Part shown: positions 1 through 9,751 of the stretch, piece by piece | Position numbering within the stretch: position 1 is the stretch's first letter | How the letters are laid out: every line of letters begins with the position of its first letter | Assembly (NCBI GenBank): GCA_964438705.1 | Contig: CAYTKQ010000001.1 | Span: 138,790-162,789 of the forward strand | Direction: 5' to 3' | Length of the DNA stretch: 24,000 nt | Source: an uncultured Christensenella sp. | GTDB taxonomy: Bacteria; Bacillota; Clostridia; Christensenellales; Christensenellaceae | The notes under the pieces: generated by a model | Seen by the model: the letters and a program-made list of their open reading frames with translations, nothing else | The model's database searches: none | What the model was told of the DNA's origin: nothing | Program-made: the position numbers and the translations under genes

Positions 1-1188
1 CACGAGATTGCGGAAGAACGCTGCCGTTTAAACGACGCATTTCTGATTATGGGCAGTGCCACGCCGCGTGTTGAAACCTATTACAGGGCGAAGCGAGGCG
101 AATATGAAATCCTCAAGATGCCGAACCGGCTCTTTGACCTGCAATTGCCCGCCGTCGAAATCGTTGATATGTGCAACGAGCTCAAGAACGGAAATCGAAC
201 GGCGATCAGCGGGAGGCTTTACGACGAGCTCGAACGCACGCTCGCCGAGGAAAAGCAGGCGATGCTGTTTTTGAATCGGCGGGGATATTCCACGTTTGTG
301 ATGTGCCGTTCGTGCGGTTATGTGGTGAAGTGCGACAGCTGCGATGTGACGATGACCTATCACAAAGCGCAGGATATATTAAAATGTCACTACTGCGGCA
401 AGGTGAAAACGCCGGAAACAATGTGCCCGGAATGCGGGAAACCGCATCTCAAATATTTTGGTATGGGCACGCAGCAGATCGAGGAGCAGATCAAAACGAT
501 GTTCCCCAAGGCGCGTACCCTTCGTATGGATCTTGATACCACGGGAACAAAGGATGCGCATCTTAAGCTGTTTGAGGAGTTTGCAGCCCACAAAGCCGAT
601 ATCCTGATCGGCACGCAGATGATAACAAAGGGCTTTGATTTCAAGGACGTGACCTTATCGGCGATCCTCGCGGCGGATACAATGCTCAACATCCCCGACT
701 ACAGGAGCGCAGAACGCACATTTGGGCACATCACGCAAATCGCGGGACGTGCGGGCAGAAAGGAGCCGGGTACGGTGGTGCTGCAAACCTACAACCCGAC
801 GCACTATGCCATTCAATACGCTAAATATCACGATTATGACGGCTTTTTCAACGAGGAGATCGTCTTGCGTGAAATGGCCCAGCTCCCGCCGTTCTCCACT
901 TATGTGCAAATACAGTTTTCGGGAGAAAAAAATGAGCAGGTCGTCGAGGCTGTAAAAGATTTTATCCGTAAATTAAAAGCTGTGTTATTGCCGTATAAAC
1001 ATGATATAATAAGTATCAGAGCCTCTGAGGCAGCGATCAAACGGATCAAAAACATGGAACGGTATCATATCCTGATCCACATGAAGAACGACGAAGCGCT
1101 AACGGGGCAGATTTACCGGATATTCAATCAAACAAAATACGCAAACGTGTTGATCGGAATCGACATCAATCCGGTCAATATGGCGTAA
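1..1188 (+). CDS. priA: Primosomal replication-restart helicase PriA, C-terminal part (5' end lies outside the window)
   Basis: Frame 1 is open from base 1 (HEIAEERCRLNDAFLIMGSATPRVETYY...); the ORF track only reports it from the internal Met at 49. It has the PriA-type double zinc-binding Cys region (CRSCGYVVKCDSCDVTMTYHKAQDILKCHYCG...CPECG). It also has the helicase C-terminal motifs LIGTQMITKGFDF and QIAGRAGR. The position upstream of def-fmt matches Bacillus. Confidence 0.9.
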   Translation, partial: HEIAEERCRLNDAFLIMGSATPRVETYYRAKRGEYEILKMPNRLFDLQLPAVEIVDMCNELKNGNRTAISGRLYDELERTLAEEKQAMLFLNRRGYSTFVMCRSCGYVVKCDSCDVTMTYHKAQDILKCHYCGKVKTPETMCPECGKPHLKYFGMGTQQIEEQIKTMFPKARTLRMDLDTTGTKDAHLKLFEEFAAHKADILIGTQMITKGFDFKDVTLSAILAADTMLNIPDYRSAERTFGHITQIAGRAGRKEPGTVVLQTYNPTHYAIQYAKYHDYDGFFNEEIVLREMAQLPPFSTYVQIQFSGEKNEQVVEAVKDFIRKLKAVLLPYKHDIISIRASEAAIKRIKNMERYHILIHMKNDEALTGQIYRIFNQTKYANVLIGIDINPVNMA

Positions 1189-1198
1189 CGGAGGAAAC

Positions 1199-1684
1199 AT
1201 GGCAACAAGAACCATATTACAAAACGACAGCCCGCGGCTCAGAAAAATTTCGCGGCCAGTGACAAAGATCAATCAGCATATCATCGACCTTCTGGACGAC
1301 ATGGCGCAGACGATGTATGAAGCGCGCGGCGTGGGGCTTGCCGCACCGCAGGTGGGTGTTCTGCGCAGGGTGGTGGTGATTGACGTTGGCGAAGGCCTCA
1401 TCGAACTCATCAACCCTAAAATCGTGGGAACCGAAGGCCAGCAGCGCACAGAAGAGGGCTGCTTATCGCTGCCAGACGACGTGGGTTATGTGATCCGCCC
1501 CGCGAAGGTCAGGGTGCGCGCACTCGACCGCAACGGTGAAATGCGCGAATACGAGGGCGAGGAGCTTTTGGCAAAGGCGTTTGCGCACGAGATCGATCAT
1601 CTGGACGGCATATTATTTACGGATAAGATGGTGGAGCGGATCGAGCAGGAAGAGGGAGAAGTGGAAGATGAACAAGACCTCTAG
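1199..1684 (+). CDS. def: Peptide deformylase
   Basis: All three deformylase metal-site motifs are present: GVGLAAPQ, EGCLS and HEIDH. GGAGG at 1190-1194 sits 4 nt upstream of the ATG. Confidence 0.95.
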   Translation: MATRTILQNDSPRLRKISRPVTKINQHIIDLLDDMAQTMYEARGVGLAAPQVGVLRRVVVIDVGEGLIELINPKIVGTEGQQRTEEGCLSLPDDVGYVIRPAKVRVRALDRNGEMREYEGEELLAKAFAHEIDHLDGILFTDKMVERIEQEEGEVEDEQDL

Positions 1685-2633
1685 GATCGTTTTTATGGGA
1701 ACGCCGGATTTTGCCGTGCCTTCCTTAGAAATGCTGATCCGTGAAGGTTACAATGTTGTCGGCGTCATCACCCAGCCGGACAGGAAGGCAGGACGCGGAC
1801 ATAAAATGATGCCGCCGCCCGTTAAGGTGATTGCGGAAAAAAGCGGGATACCCGTTTATCAATTCGAGAAGATCAGAGTGCCCGAAGGGGTTGCCCTGTT
1901 AAAGGAACTGGCTCCGGCACTGATGATCACAGCGGCGTTCGGGCATATTTTGACAGAAGAAATACTGGCGATTCCGGAATATGGCTGTATCAATGTGCAC
2001 GCCTCCCTGCTTCCAAAGCTGCGAGGGGCCGCACCCATTCAGTGGGCCATCATCAATGGGGAAAAGCAGACGGGCGTGACCACTATGTACACCGTCAAAG
2101 CTCTCGATGCGGGGGATATTCTGGAGCGTCGAAGCATCGTCATCCCGCAAGAGATGACGGCGGGGGAGCTTTATACGGATTTGAGCGTACTGGGCGCTGA
2201 TGTGTTGAAACGTACGCTTGGGAAAATGGAGCAGGGTACGCTCGAACGCACGCCGCAGAGCGAAGATGAAGCGACTTATTTTCCGATGTTCAAAAAAGGC
2301 TTTGGGGAGATCGATTTTACAAAGACCGGTGCGCAGATACACGATTTTGTGCGCGGGACAAACCCCGTGCCCGGCGCTTATATGATGTATGGTGACGAGA
2401 AGATCAAGATATACCGCGTCAAGGCTGAGCCGTATTCCGGCCCGGAACCATGCGGGACGGCACTGTTTGCGGACAGCAAACGGGGCTTGGGCATCCGTTG
2501 CGCGGATGGGCTTGTTTGTATTGAGGAATTGAAACGATGCGGAGCGCGCTGTATGGACGCGCGGGATTGTTTGTGCGGCAGACCAATCGAGGTCGGATAT
2601 GTGTTTGAAAACAGGGGGAATAACGAGGATTGA
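1668..2633 (+). CDS. fmt: Methionyl-tRNA formyltransferase
   Basis: The N-terminus MNKTSRIVFMGTPDFAVPSL and the motif HASLLPKLRGAAPIQWAI are typical Fmt. I chose ATG 1668 rather than the track's 1536. The first 44 codons of the track ORF lie inside def in another frame and look like non-protein sequence. The gene overlaps the def stop by 17 nt. Confidence 0.9.
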   Translation: MNKTSRIVFMGTPDFAVPSLEMLIREGYNVVGVITQPDRKAGRGHKMMPPPVKVIAEKSGIPVYQFEKIRVPEGVALLKELAPALMITAAFGHILTEEILAIPEYGCINVHASLLPKLRGAAPIQWAIINGEKQTGVTTMYTVKALDAGDILERRSIVIPQEMTAGELYTDLSVLGADVLKRTLGKMEQGTLERTPQSEDEATYFPMFKKGFGEIDFTKTGAQIHDFVRGTNPVPGAYMMYGDEKIKIYRVKAEPYSGPEPCGTALFADSKRGLGIRCADGLVCIEELKRCGARCMDARDCLCGRPIEVGYVFENRGNNED

Positions 2634-3922
2634 ATGCACGGCAGGCGGCGCTTGAGATCATATCCAAGGTGCTGAAGGAGAAGAGCTATTTGAATCTGGA
2701 ATGCAAGCGCGTATTATCCGCAGACTGGAGTGTGGAGGATAAGCGCTTTATTACTGCGCTTGCAAATACGACGATCGAAAATTTGTTTCGCATTGATTAT
2801 GTGCTGGGGCAATTCATCACGGCAAAGCGTGTGCACGCCGTGATCATGAACATTTTGCGTCTGGGCGCGTGTCAGTTGTTGTTTTTCGAATCGGTACCCG
2901 TTTCGGCGGCGGTCAACGAGAGCGTAAAGCTGGTCGAAAAATCCGGCAAAGGACAGTTGAAGGGATTTGTAAATGCGGTGCTGCGGAATTTATCAAAAAA
3001 CTTTGGCAGGCTGCAATATCCTGACCGCGACGACGATCCTGCGGAATATTTTCATGTGTTTTACAGCTACCCGAAATGGCTGTGCGAGAAATATATATCG
3101 GAATACGGCGAAGAACAGACAGAGCAGATGATGAGCTATACCGGCGACCGTACGCTGACGTGTGTGCGCGCCAATCATTTGGAGGAGATGCCCGAAGATT
3201 TTCTTCCGGGGTTATACTGTGACGACGCTTTTTACATCCGAGGCATGAGCGCGATTGAGCGGGAACCGCTGTTTTTGAACGGAAGCCTTACCGTACAGGG
3301 AGAAGCCTCTCAAGCCGTGGTGTGTGCGGCGGGCATCGGACCGCGCGATCATGTGCTCGATGCATGCGCCGCGCCCGGTGGGAAGAGTGCGTACGCGGCG
3401 TGGTTTGCGCGCGAGGGAAAGATCGTTGCCATGGAGTTGCACGAGCATCGTGCACAGCTTATGCAACGCAATTTTGAACGGTTGGGCGTGCAAAATGCTG
3501 AAATCAAGGTGGCGGATGCGTCCGTGCTGATTGCGGAATATGCCGGAGCGTTTGACGTAGTGCTCGTTGACGCGCCGTGCTCGGCGCTGGGGCTTTTGTA
3601 CCGCAAGCCGGACATTAAAATATTCAAGCAGCGCGAAGATGTCGCGCCGCTGGTGGCAATCCAGCGCGCATTGCTGAATACGTGCGCAGCCTATGTGAAG
3701 CCGGGCGGTACGCTGCTCTATTCCACGTGCACCATCAACCGTGAGGAGAACGAGGAAAACATTCGTTGGTTTCTGGAAAATAACGGCACATTCGAACAGG
3801 ATGCGCTCCGTATGTTTCTTCCCGGAGAACTGAAAGAAAGAACGGATGACGGAATGCTGCAACTGTTCCCGCACATCGACAGCATCGACGGATTTTTTAT
3901 GGCGAGGCTGAAAAAGAAATGA
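2630..3922 (+). CDS. rsmB: 16S rRNA (cytosine-C5) methyltransferase RsmB/Sun
   Basis: There is a NusB-like N-terminal half. The SAM methyltransferase motifs DACAAPGGKS and DAPCSALG are present, as is the catalytic Cys motif YSTCT. The start is TTG, overlapping the fmt stop (TTGA). No in-frame ATG is available near the N-terminus. Confidence 0.88.
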   Translation: MNARQAALEIISKVLKEKSYLNLECKRVLSADWSVEDKRFITALANTTIENLFRIDYVLGQFITAKRVHAVIMNILRLGACQLLFFESVPVSAAVNESVKLVEKSGKGQLKGFVNAVLRNLSKNFGRLQYPDRDDDPAEYFHVFYSYPKWLCEKYISEYGEEQTEQMMSYTGDRTLTCVRANHLEEMPEDFLPGLYCDDAFYIRGMSAIEREPLFLNGSLTVQGEASQAVVCAAGIGPRDHVLDACAAPGGKSAYAAWFAREGKIVAMELHEHRAQLMQRNFERLGVQNAEIKVADASVLIAEYAGAFDVVLVDAPCSALGLLYRKPDIKIFKQREDVAPLVAIQRALLNTCAAYVKPGGTLLYSTCTINREENEENIRWFLENNGTFEQDALRMFLPGELKERTDDGMLQLFPHIDSIDGFFMARLKKK

Positions 3923-4959
3923 AACAGCTTCTGGATTGTAACGCAAAGGAATTGAGCGAAGAACTTGCCGGGCTGAACGAAAAACCGTTTCGCGCAAAGC
4001 AAATCATGAAATGGCTCGTTGCAGGCAAGTCGTTTGAGGAGATGACGAATATTTCCAAAGAGCTGCGTGCGCTGCTGCGCAAACATTATGCGGAAGGCTA
4101 TGTGCAAACTTGCCAAGTGCTTACATCTGTCGATGGCACCCGGAAATATTTGTTTTGCTTTGAAGACGGAAGCACGGTGGAAAGCGTATTCATGCAAAAG
4201 GAGTACGGGAACACCGTGTGTGTATCCACGCAGGTCGGCTGCCGCATGGGGTGCACGTTTTGCGCTTCGTGCAGAGATGGGTTGAAACGCAACCTTACGG
4301 CGGGAGAAATCCTCGCGCAGGTCGTCGCCGTGAACGCGGATGCGGGCGGCGGGCGTAGTGTTACCAACATCGTGCTGATGGGTATGGGCGAGCCCTTCGA
4401 TAATTACGATAACGTGGTGAAATTCATCCGCCTTGTAAACGATCCGACCGGACTGGGGATTGGGCTGCGCTGCATTTCGCTTTCCACCTGCGGCCTGACA
4501 GAGCAGATCAGGAGGTTTGCTGACGAAGGACTCCCTTTGACGCTTTCCATTTCGCTGCACGCGGCCTGTGATGAAAAGCGCGAGAAGATCATGCCGACCG
4601 CTGTGCAGTATAAGATCGCTGATATATTGGACGCTGCGAATTACTACTTTTTAAAAACAGGCAGACGTATTATAATAGAATATGCTGTGATCGACGGCAT
4701 CAACGATACGAAAGAGGATATCATGCTCTTAAAAGAACAACTTCATGGCCTGAATTGCCATGTGAACCTGATTCCTTTGAACGGAAATGACGGACTGGTG
4801 CTTAGAGCGCCGGATAAGCGGCGCGTGTATACGTTTTGTCAGGCGCTGGAGCGTGAAGGAATTTCCGCAACGGTAAGAAAGTCTATGGGAAGCGATATTG
4901 CGGGGGCGTGCGGACAGCTCAGGCAGCAATACATTCGTGAAAACGAGGGGGAAGTATGA
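3919..4959 (+). CDS. rlmN: 23S rRNA/tRNA adenine-C2 methyltransferase RlmN (radical SAM)
   Basis: It has the radical-SAM cluster motif CRMGCTFCAS (CxxxCxxC), GMGEP, and the C-terminal catalytic Cys context GSDIAGACGQL. An ATGA overlap joins it to the rsmB stop. Confidence 0.93.
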   Translation: MKQLLDCNAKELSEELAGLNEKPFRAKQIMKWLVAGKSFEEMTNISKELRALLRKHYAEGYVQTCQVLTSVDGTRKYLFCFEDGSTVESVFMQKEYGNTVCVSTQVGCRMGCTFCASCRDGLKRNLTAGEILAQVVAVNADAGGGRSVTNIVLMGMGEPFDNYDNVVKFIRLVNDPTGLGIGLRCISLSTCGLTEQIRRFADEGLPLTLSISLHAACDEKREKIMPTAVQYKIADILDAANYYFLKTGRRIIIEYAVIDGINDTKEDIMLLKEQLHGLNCHVNLIPLNGNDGLVLRAPDKRRVYTFCQALEREGISATVRKSMGSDIAGACGQLRQQYIRENEGEV

Positions 4960-5687
4960 GGACAGCGGCGCTGAGCCACATTGGCAACGTAAGAACGACA
5001 AATGAAGATTCTGTGTTTGTGCACACCGGAAAACGACCGTATTATATGCTGGTGGCCGATGGAATGGGCGGGCATGCGGCGGGGGAGGTCGCGAGCGGAA
5101 TGGCGTGCATGGAGATTGAACAGTATATCGATCGTCTTTGTACTGATCGCTTAAACGAGGAGCAAATCCTGGGGGCGGTTCAGTTCGCAAATCAAAAACT
5201 CATCGAAGAGGTGGAGAAGAAGCCCGCGCTTTATGGCATGGGAACCACGCTTACATTTGCGGCCTTCAACGACGACGAAATCGTGATTGCGCAGGTAGGG
5301 GATTCGCGGGCCTATCATAAAAAGAAGGACGCGATCCATAAGATCACAAAGGATCACACCTACATTCAGCATTTGATTGACAGCGGCGTGATCGACAAGG
5401 GCGACGCGGAGGATTATCCCTTTAAAAACATCATCACCCGCTCTGTCGGCATGAAGGAAGTGACGGTGGATTTTTTCACGATCAGCTGGCAGGACGATGA
5501 CATCATTTTGCTGTGCTCCGACGGATTGACCAATTATACTGACAGCGACGTGTTATTTAAGATTCTTTCGGATGAAGATACGCTGGAAGAAAAGACGCAA
5601 AAATTAGTAGACATTGCGCTTGAGGGCGGCGGAAAAGACAATATATCCGTGGTTTTGGCGCAGCGTTCCGAAGGAGGAACGCTATGA
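4956..5687 (+). CDS. prpC: PP2C-family Ser/Thr protein phosphatase (Stp/PrpC type)
   Basis: PP2C motifs are RTTNEDS, ADGMGGHAAGE, CSDGL and GGKDNIS. An ATGA overlap joins it to rlmN, and it sits immediately upstream of the PASTA kinase as in Bacillus prpC-prkC. Confidence 0.92.
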   Translation: MRTAALSHIGNVRTTNEDSVFVHTGKRPYYMLVADGMGGHAAGEVASGMACMEIEQYIDRLCTDRLNEEQILGAVQFANQKLIEEVEKKPALYGMGTTLTFAAFNDDEIVIAQVGDSRAYHKKKDAIHKITKDHTYIQHLIDSGVIDKGDAEDYPFKNIITRSVGMKEVTVDFFTISWQDDDIILLCSDGLTNYTDSDVLFKILSDEDTLEEKTQKLVDIALEGGGKDNISVVLAQRSEGGTL

Positions 5688-7570
5688 TCGGGCCGGATAC
5701 ATTGCTGGCCGGACGGTATCGGCTCGTCGAGCAGATCGATTCGGGTGGCTCCGCATACATCTATAAGGCGATGGATGATATGACCCAAAAAGTCATCGCG
5801 GTAAAGGTTTTAAAGCCCGAACTTACGGAAAATGAGGAGTTTGTGCAGCGCTTCAAAAAAGAAGTGCAGGCTGCGGCAAAGCTACGGCACGCAAACATCA
5901 TACGTGCTTACGACGCAGGTTTTGATAACGGGACCTATTACATCGTAATGGATCTGATCGAGGGAAAAACACTCAAAAACCTGATCAACGCAAACGGTCC
6001 GCTGCCCGTCAAATATGCGGTCGCGGTGGCAAAGAAGCTGTGCCTCGCGCTGGAATACGCGCATGTGAAGGGATTTATACATAGAGACATCAAGCCGCAT
6101 AATGTGATGGTGGATACGACGGGTGAACCGTTCATCGCTGACTTTGGCATTGCGCGAAACATAGCCCAAAACACGATCACCGTGGAAGAGGACAGCGTGA
6201 TGGGATCAGTGCACTATTTTTCGCCGGAGCAGGCGCGCGGCGAACGGGTGGATAAGCGCTCAGACATCTATTCTCTTGGTATACTGCTTTACGAGATGCT
6301 TACCGGGCGCGTTCCATTTGACGCAGACACCTCCGTGGCGATTGCGCTGAAGCACATCAACGACCCGATGCCTGATGTCAGAGAAATTGTGCCGAATGTA
6401 CCGGAAAGCCTGAATAGGATCATACAAAAAGCAACGCAGAAGGACAAGCATTTTCGATATAAATCCGCTTTCAACATGTATGAGGACTTACAACGGTGCC
6501 TTGCTGAGCCGGACGGCAATTATGTAAAATACAGTGAAAGCAAACGAACGCAGCAGCACATAGAGGAGCTTCACGCAAAGAGGTCACGCAAAAATATCGG
6601 TCGGCTGCTTGTTACATTCGGTATTTCCGCCGTCGTTATATTTGCGATCATTGCCATCGTGAGCGCGGTCATCAATTTCAACGCAAACCGCCCGATCTCC
6701 ATACAGGATTTTGTGGGTATGAAGGAAAAGAACGCCATAGAGGCCGCTCAAAAGCTGACGCCATCCCCCGAGGTGCGTTATGAACGCTCCACAGAAGCGG
6801 AAAAGGGGATCGTCATTCGTCAGGAGCCGAAAGCGGGCGAAGATTTTAAAAAGGATGATCCGCTTGTACTGATCGTAAGCAATGGCTCCGGAACGGATAT
6901 CATGCCGAACGTCACAAATATAGACAGAGCGCAGGCGGAAAAGATATTGCTTGAAAGCGGGATCGAGCTGGATCAGATCGTGGAGGACAGTAAGGGCGAA
7001 TTCCCGATCGGTTACGTGATCGATCAGCATCCGGCGGCAGGGGAGTCTGTGGCGGGCAGCGGAAGCGTATGGCTGACGGTTAAGGTATCGCCGGATATCG
7101 CGAAGGTTCAGGTGCCCAATGTCACGGGGATGGAGATCGGCGATGCGTTAAACGTTCTGAAATTAAAGGAGCTCTCATTGTTTTTATTGTATGAGAAGCG
7201 TGATGGCGAAGCCGGAACGGTCCTTTCCCAAACGCCGGAGGAAAATGGCGAAATCGCAACCAACAGGCCGGTCAGGCTGTCTGTTTCTGAGGCGGATGGT
7301 ACAAGATACAGCTATAAGGGCGAGGGTATTACGCTCACCATTCCAAAGGATGGAACAACGCTTAGGTTAGGGGTTCCCGGTGAAATCAACGGGATTCCGG
7401 TTTATTACATCATCTATGACGCGGTGCTGGAATCAGGAGATCAGATCGTCAAGCCGGAAACGTCTCTTGTGTTTGATTCCAAGGAGGATTCCATACAAAA
7501 GGACGTTGCGATCTTTATGAATGACGTTTTGGTGAAGACGGATAACATCGAGTTTACAAAAGGGAGGTAG
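5684..7570 (+). CDS. prkC: Transmembrane Ser/Thr protein kinase with three PASTA repeats (PrkC/PknB type)
   Basis: Hanks kinase motifs are present: Gly-loop DSGGSAYIYKA, the AVKVL lysine, HRDIKPHN, DFGIAR and SPEQ. There is a single TM helix (LLVTFGISAVVIFAIIAIVSAVI). Three PASTA-like repeats follow, beginning near DFVGMKEKNA, MPNVTNIDRAQA and VPNVTGMEIGDA. A beta-rich C-terminal segment of about 90 aa completes the protein. Confidence 0.93.
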   Translation: MIGPDTLLAGRYRLVEQIDSGGSAYIYKAMDDMTQKVIAVKVLKPELTENEEFVQRFKKEVQAAAKLRHANIIRAYDAGFDNGTYYIVMDLIEGKTLKNLINANGPLPVKYAVAVAKKLCLALEYAHVKGFIHRDIKPHNVMVDTTGEPFIADFGIARNIAQNTITVEEDSVMGSVHYFSPEQARGERVDKRSDIYSLGILLYEMLTGRVPFDADTSVAIALKHINDPMPDVREIVPNVPESLNRIIQKATQKDKHFRYKSAFNMYEDLQRCLAEPDGNYVKYSESKRTQQHIEELHAKRSRKNIGRLLVTFGISAVVIFAIIAIVSAVINFNANRPISIQDFVGMKEKNAIEAAQKLTPSPEVRYERSTEAEKGIVIRQEPKAGEDFKKDDPLVLIVSNGSGTDIMPNVTNIDRAQAEKILLESGIELDQIVEDSKGEFPIGYVIDQHPAAGESVAGSGSVWLTVKVSPDIAKVQVPNVTGMEIGDALNVLKLKELSLFLLYEKRDGEAGTVLSQTPEENGEIATNRPVRLSVSEADGTRYSYKGEGITLTIPKDGTTLRLGVPGEINGIPVYYIIYDAVLESGDQIVKPETSLVFDSKEDSIQKDVAIFMNDVLVKTDNIEFTKGR

Positions 7571-8427
7571 TGGCGATTCACGGCAGGATCGTAAAAGGGA
7601 TCGGCGGATTCTATTATGTGAACGGCGAAGACAACGCCGTGTATGAATGCAAAGCGCGCGGGAAGTTCCGCAGGGAGAAGGTAACCCCAATGGTAGGAGA
7701 CCTCGTGGAATTTACAATTCGCGACGGATATAACTCGATTGAGGATATCCTGCCCCGGCGCAACAGCCTGAGACGTCCCATGGTGGCCAACATCAATAAG
7801 TTGGTTCTGGTGATGTCGGCAGGCAAACCGGTGGCAGACCTTTTGCTTTGTGACAAGCTTCTGGTGCAAGCCTATTTGGGCGGGATCGAGCCGCTGATTG
7901 TCATCAGTAAAGCGGATATGGACCGGAAAAATGCCCAGGCGCTTAGGCGGCAATATGCCTGTTATGACACACTTTTTACTTCTGTAAAAAGCGGAGAGGG
8001 GCTTGATGCGTTCAAGGAAAGCATCGGCGGTCTGTGCGTTTGTCTCGCGGGGCAATCCGCAGTGGGGAAGTCGTCTCTTCTCAATGCGGTCGCTCCTTCC
8101 TTTCGGCTGGAAACGGGTGGCTTGAGCAAAAAAACGGATCGCGGAAAGCACACGACCCGCAGTTCAGAGCTTTTCTATGTCAGTGAGGCCGACGCCTATG
8201 TGGTAGACACGCCGGGCTTTTCGATGTATGAAGCAGAGCTTGACAAGTTTGCGCTCACCGATTGCTACCCGGAGATGAAAAAATTAAAAGGACAGTGCCG
8301 TTTCTCGTCATGTCTGCACGATCGGGAGCCCGATTGCGCAGTGAAGGCGGCGGTAGAGACGGAAGAAATAAACAAAGCACGGTACGACCGCTATTTGCGG
8401 ATTATTCATTCATTGGAGGAGAAATAA
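7570..8427 (+). CDS. rsgA: Ribosome small-subunit-dependent GTPase A (circularly permuted GTPase)
   Basis: The GTPase motifs are in permuted order: VISKAD (G4) comes before the P-loop GQSAVGKSSLLN and before DTPGF. The C-terminal zinc knuckle CRFSSCLHDREPDCAV is present. The start is GTG, sharing one base with the prkC TAG stop. Confidence 0.92.
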   Translation: MAIHGRIVKGIGGFYYVNGEDNAVYECKARGKFRREKVTPMVGDLVEFTIRDGYNSIEDILPRRNSLRRPMVANINKLVLVMSAGKPVADLLLCDKLLVQAYLGGIEPLIVISKADMDRKNAQALRRQYACYDTLFTSVKSGEGLDAFKESIGGLCVCLAGQSAVGKSSLLNAVAPSFRLETGGLSKKTDRGKHTTRSSELFYVSEADAYVVDTPGFSMYEAELDKFALTDCYPEMKKLKGQCRFSSCLHDREPDCAVKAAVETEEINKARYDRYLRIIHSLEEK

Positions 8428-8428
8428 C

Positions 8429-9076
8429 ATGGTAAAAGTAGCACCTTCTTTATTGTCGGCAGATTTTTGCAATATGGAGCAGGGATTGAGGCTCATGGAG
8501 CGGGGGAAGGCGGATTATCTGCATTGTGACATCATGGACGGAATGTTTGTGCCCAATATTTCATTTGGTTTCCAGATGATCTCGCGGATCAAGGAGCTGA
8601 CGGAAATTCCGCTCGACGTGCACCTGATGATCGAGCAGCCCGAACGCTATATCGAACGCTTTGCGGAGGCGGGATCTGATATCATCACAGTACATGTGGA
8701 GGCAACAAACCATTTGCAGCGCGTACTGAAGCAGATTGCCCAGTGCGGAAAACAGCCGGGCGTGGTTCTCAACCCCGCGACTCCGCTCGAGACGATCAAA
8801 TACGTTCTCAACGACGTGGATATGGTTCTGCTGATGTCCGTCAATCCGGGTTATGGCGGTCAGAGCTTCATTCCGGCGGTGCTGCAAAAAGTGCGCGATC
8901 TGAAAGCGATGATCGACGCATTCGGCAAGAAAATCGACATCGAGGTAGACGGCGGTGTAGACGCCAAAAACTGCGCACAGCTGTGTGAAGCGGGTGCAAC
9001 AGTGCTCGTAGCGGGCAGCGCTGTCTTTGGCGCGGAAGATCCTGCAAAGGCCATCGCCATCATTCGGGGAGAATAG
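8429..9076 (+). CDS. rpe: Ribulose-phosphate 3-epimerase
   Basis: The N-terminus is MVKVAPSLLSADF. HCDIMDGMFVPN, DVHLM, NPGYGGQSF and EVDGGV match the Rpe TIM-barrel signature. The syntenic position after rsgA also fits. Confidence 0.94.
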   Translation: MVKVAPSLLSADFCNMEQGLRLMERGKADYLHCDIMDGMFVPNISFGFQMISRIKELTEIPLDVHLMIEQPERYIERFAEAGSDIITVHVEATNHLQRVLKQIAQCGKQPGVVLNPATPLETIKYVLNDVDMVLLMSVNPGYGGQSFIPAVLQKVRDLKAMIDAFGKKIDIEVDGGVDAKNCAQLCEAGATVLVAGSAVFGAEDPAKAIAIIRGE

Positions 9077-9080
9077 TGGC

Positions 9081-9707
9081 ATGAAAGCATTGCTGGTTGC
9101 TTCCGGTGACGCTCCGAGCGACGCGCTGCTGCGGCGCAGGGCGCGCGAAGCCGATCTCTTGGTCGCGGTTGATAATGGCCTTGCGGCGTTTGATCGCTGC
9201 AAAATTGTGCCGCACCTCATCGTAGGGGATATGGATTCTGTCTCTCCGCAAATGCTCTTTGCATATGCGGAACGCGCGGAGGTGGTGAGCGTACCCGCAG
9301 AAAAAAACGAGACGGATGCGGCGCTTGCCGTTGATGAAGCGGTGAAGCGTGGCGCGGACCGTATTGTTTTTATTGGCGCCACCGGCGGCAGGATCGATCA
9401 TCTGCTCTCGAATCTGATGCTTTTGAAATATGCGCACAACAAAGACGCGGTCCTCTGGATCGAGGACGACCGCCACGAGATATCTCTAAGCAAAGGAGAA
9501 ACAGAGATACATGGGAAAAAGGGACAGACTGTCTCCATTATCCCGATGAACAAATGCGCCATTGTGAATGCGGAAGGGCTTTACTATCCGCTTGAACGTT
9601 TGACGCTCACCAACGAACAGCCGCGCGGCGTGAGCAACGTTTTCCTTGGCACAAAGGCGAAGATCACGAGCGATGATTTTGTGTTCATCATAAAGATCAA
9701 GGAATAA
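9081..9707 (+). CDS. thiN: Thiamine pyrophosphokinase
   Basis: TPK motifs are VGDMDS, KNETD and GATGGRIDH. I chose ATG 9081 (MKALLVASGD). The track's start at 9027 lies inside rpe in another frame. Confidence 0.85.
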   Translation: MKALLVASGDAPSDALLRRRAREADLLVAVDNGLAAFDRCKIVPHLIVGDMDSVSPQMLFAYAERAEVVSVPAEKNETDAALAVDEAVKRGADRIVFIGATGGRIDHLLSNLMLLKYAHNKDAVLWIEDDRHEISLSKGETEIHGKKGQTVSIIPMNKCAIVNAEGLYYPLERLTLTNEQPRGVSNVFLGTKAKITSDDFVFIIKIKE

Positions 9708-9711
9708 AAAA

Positions 9712-9736
9712 CAGGACAGATCAATGATCTGCCCTG
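9712..9736. terminator. Bidirectional intrinsic terminator shared by the thiN operon and convergent rpmB
   Basis: The stem is CAGGaCAGATC / GATCTGcCCTG (11 positions, one A-C mismatch) with an AAT loop. On the - strand it is followed by TTTTTATT (complement of 9703-9710). On the + strand it is followed by the weaker ACTTTGTTG. Confidence 0.7.
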
Positions 9737-9751
9737 ACTTTGTTGTGATGA

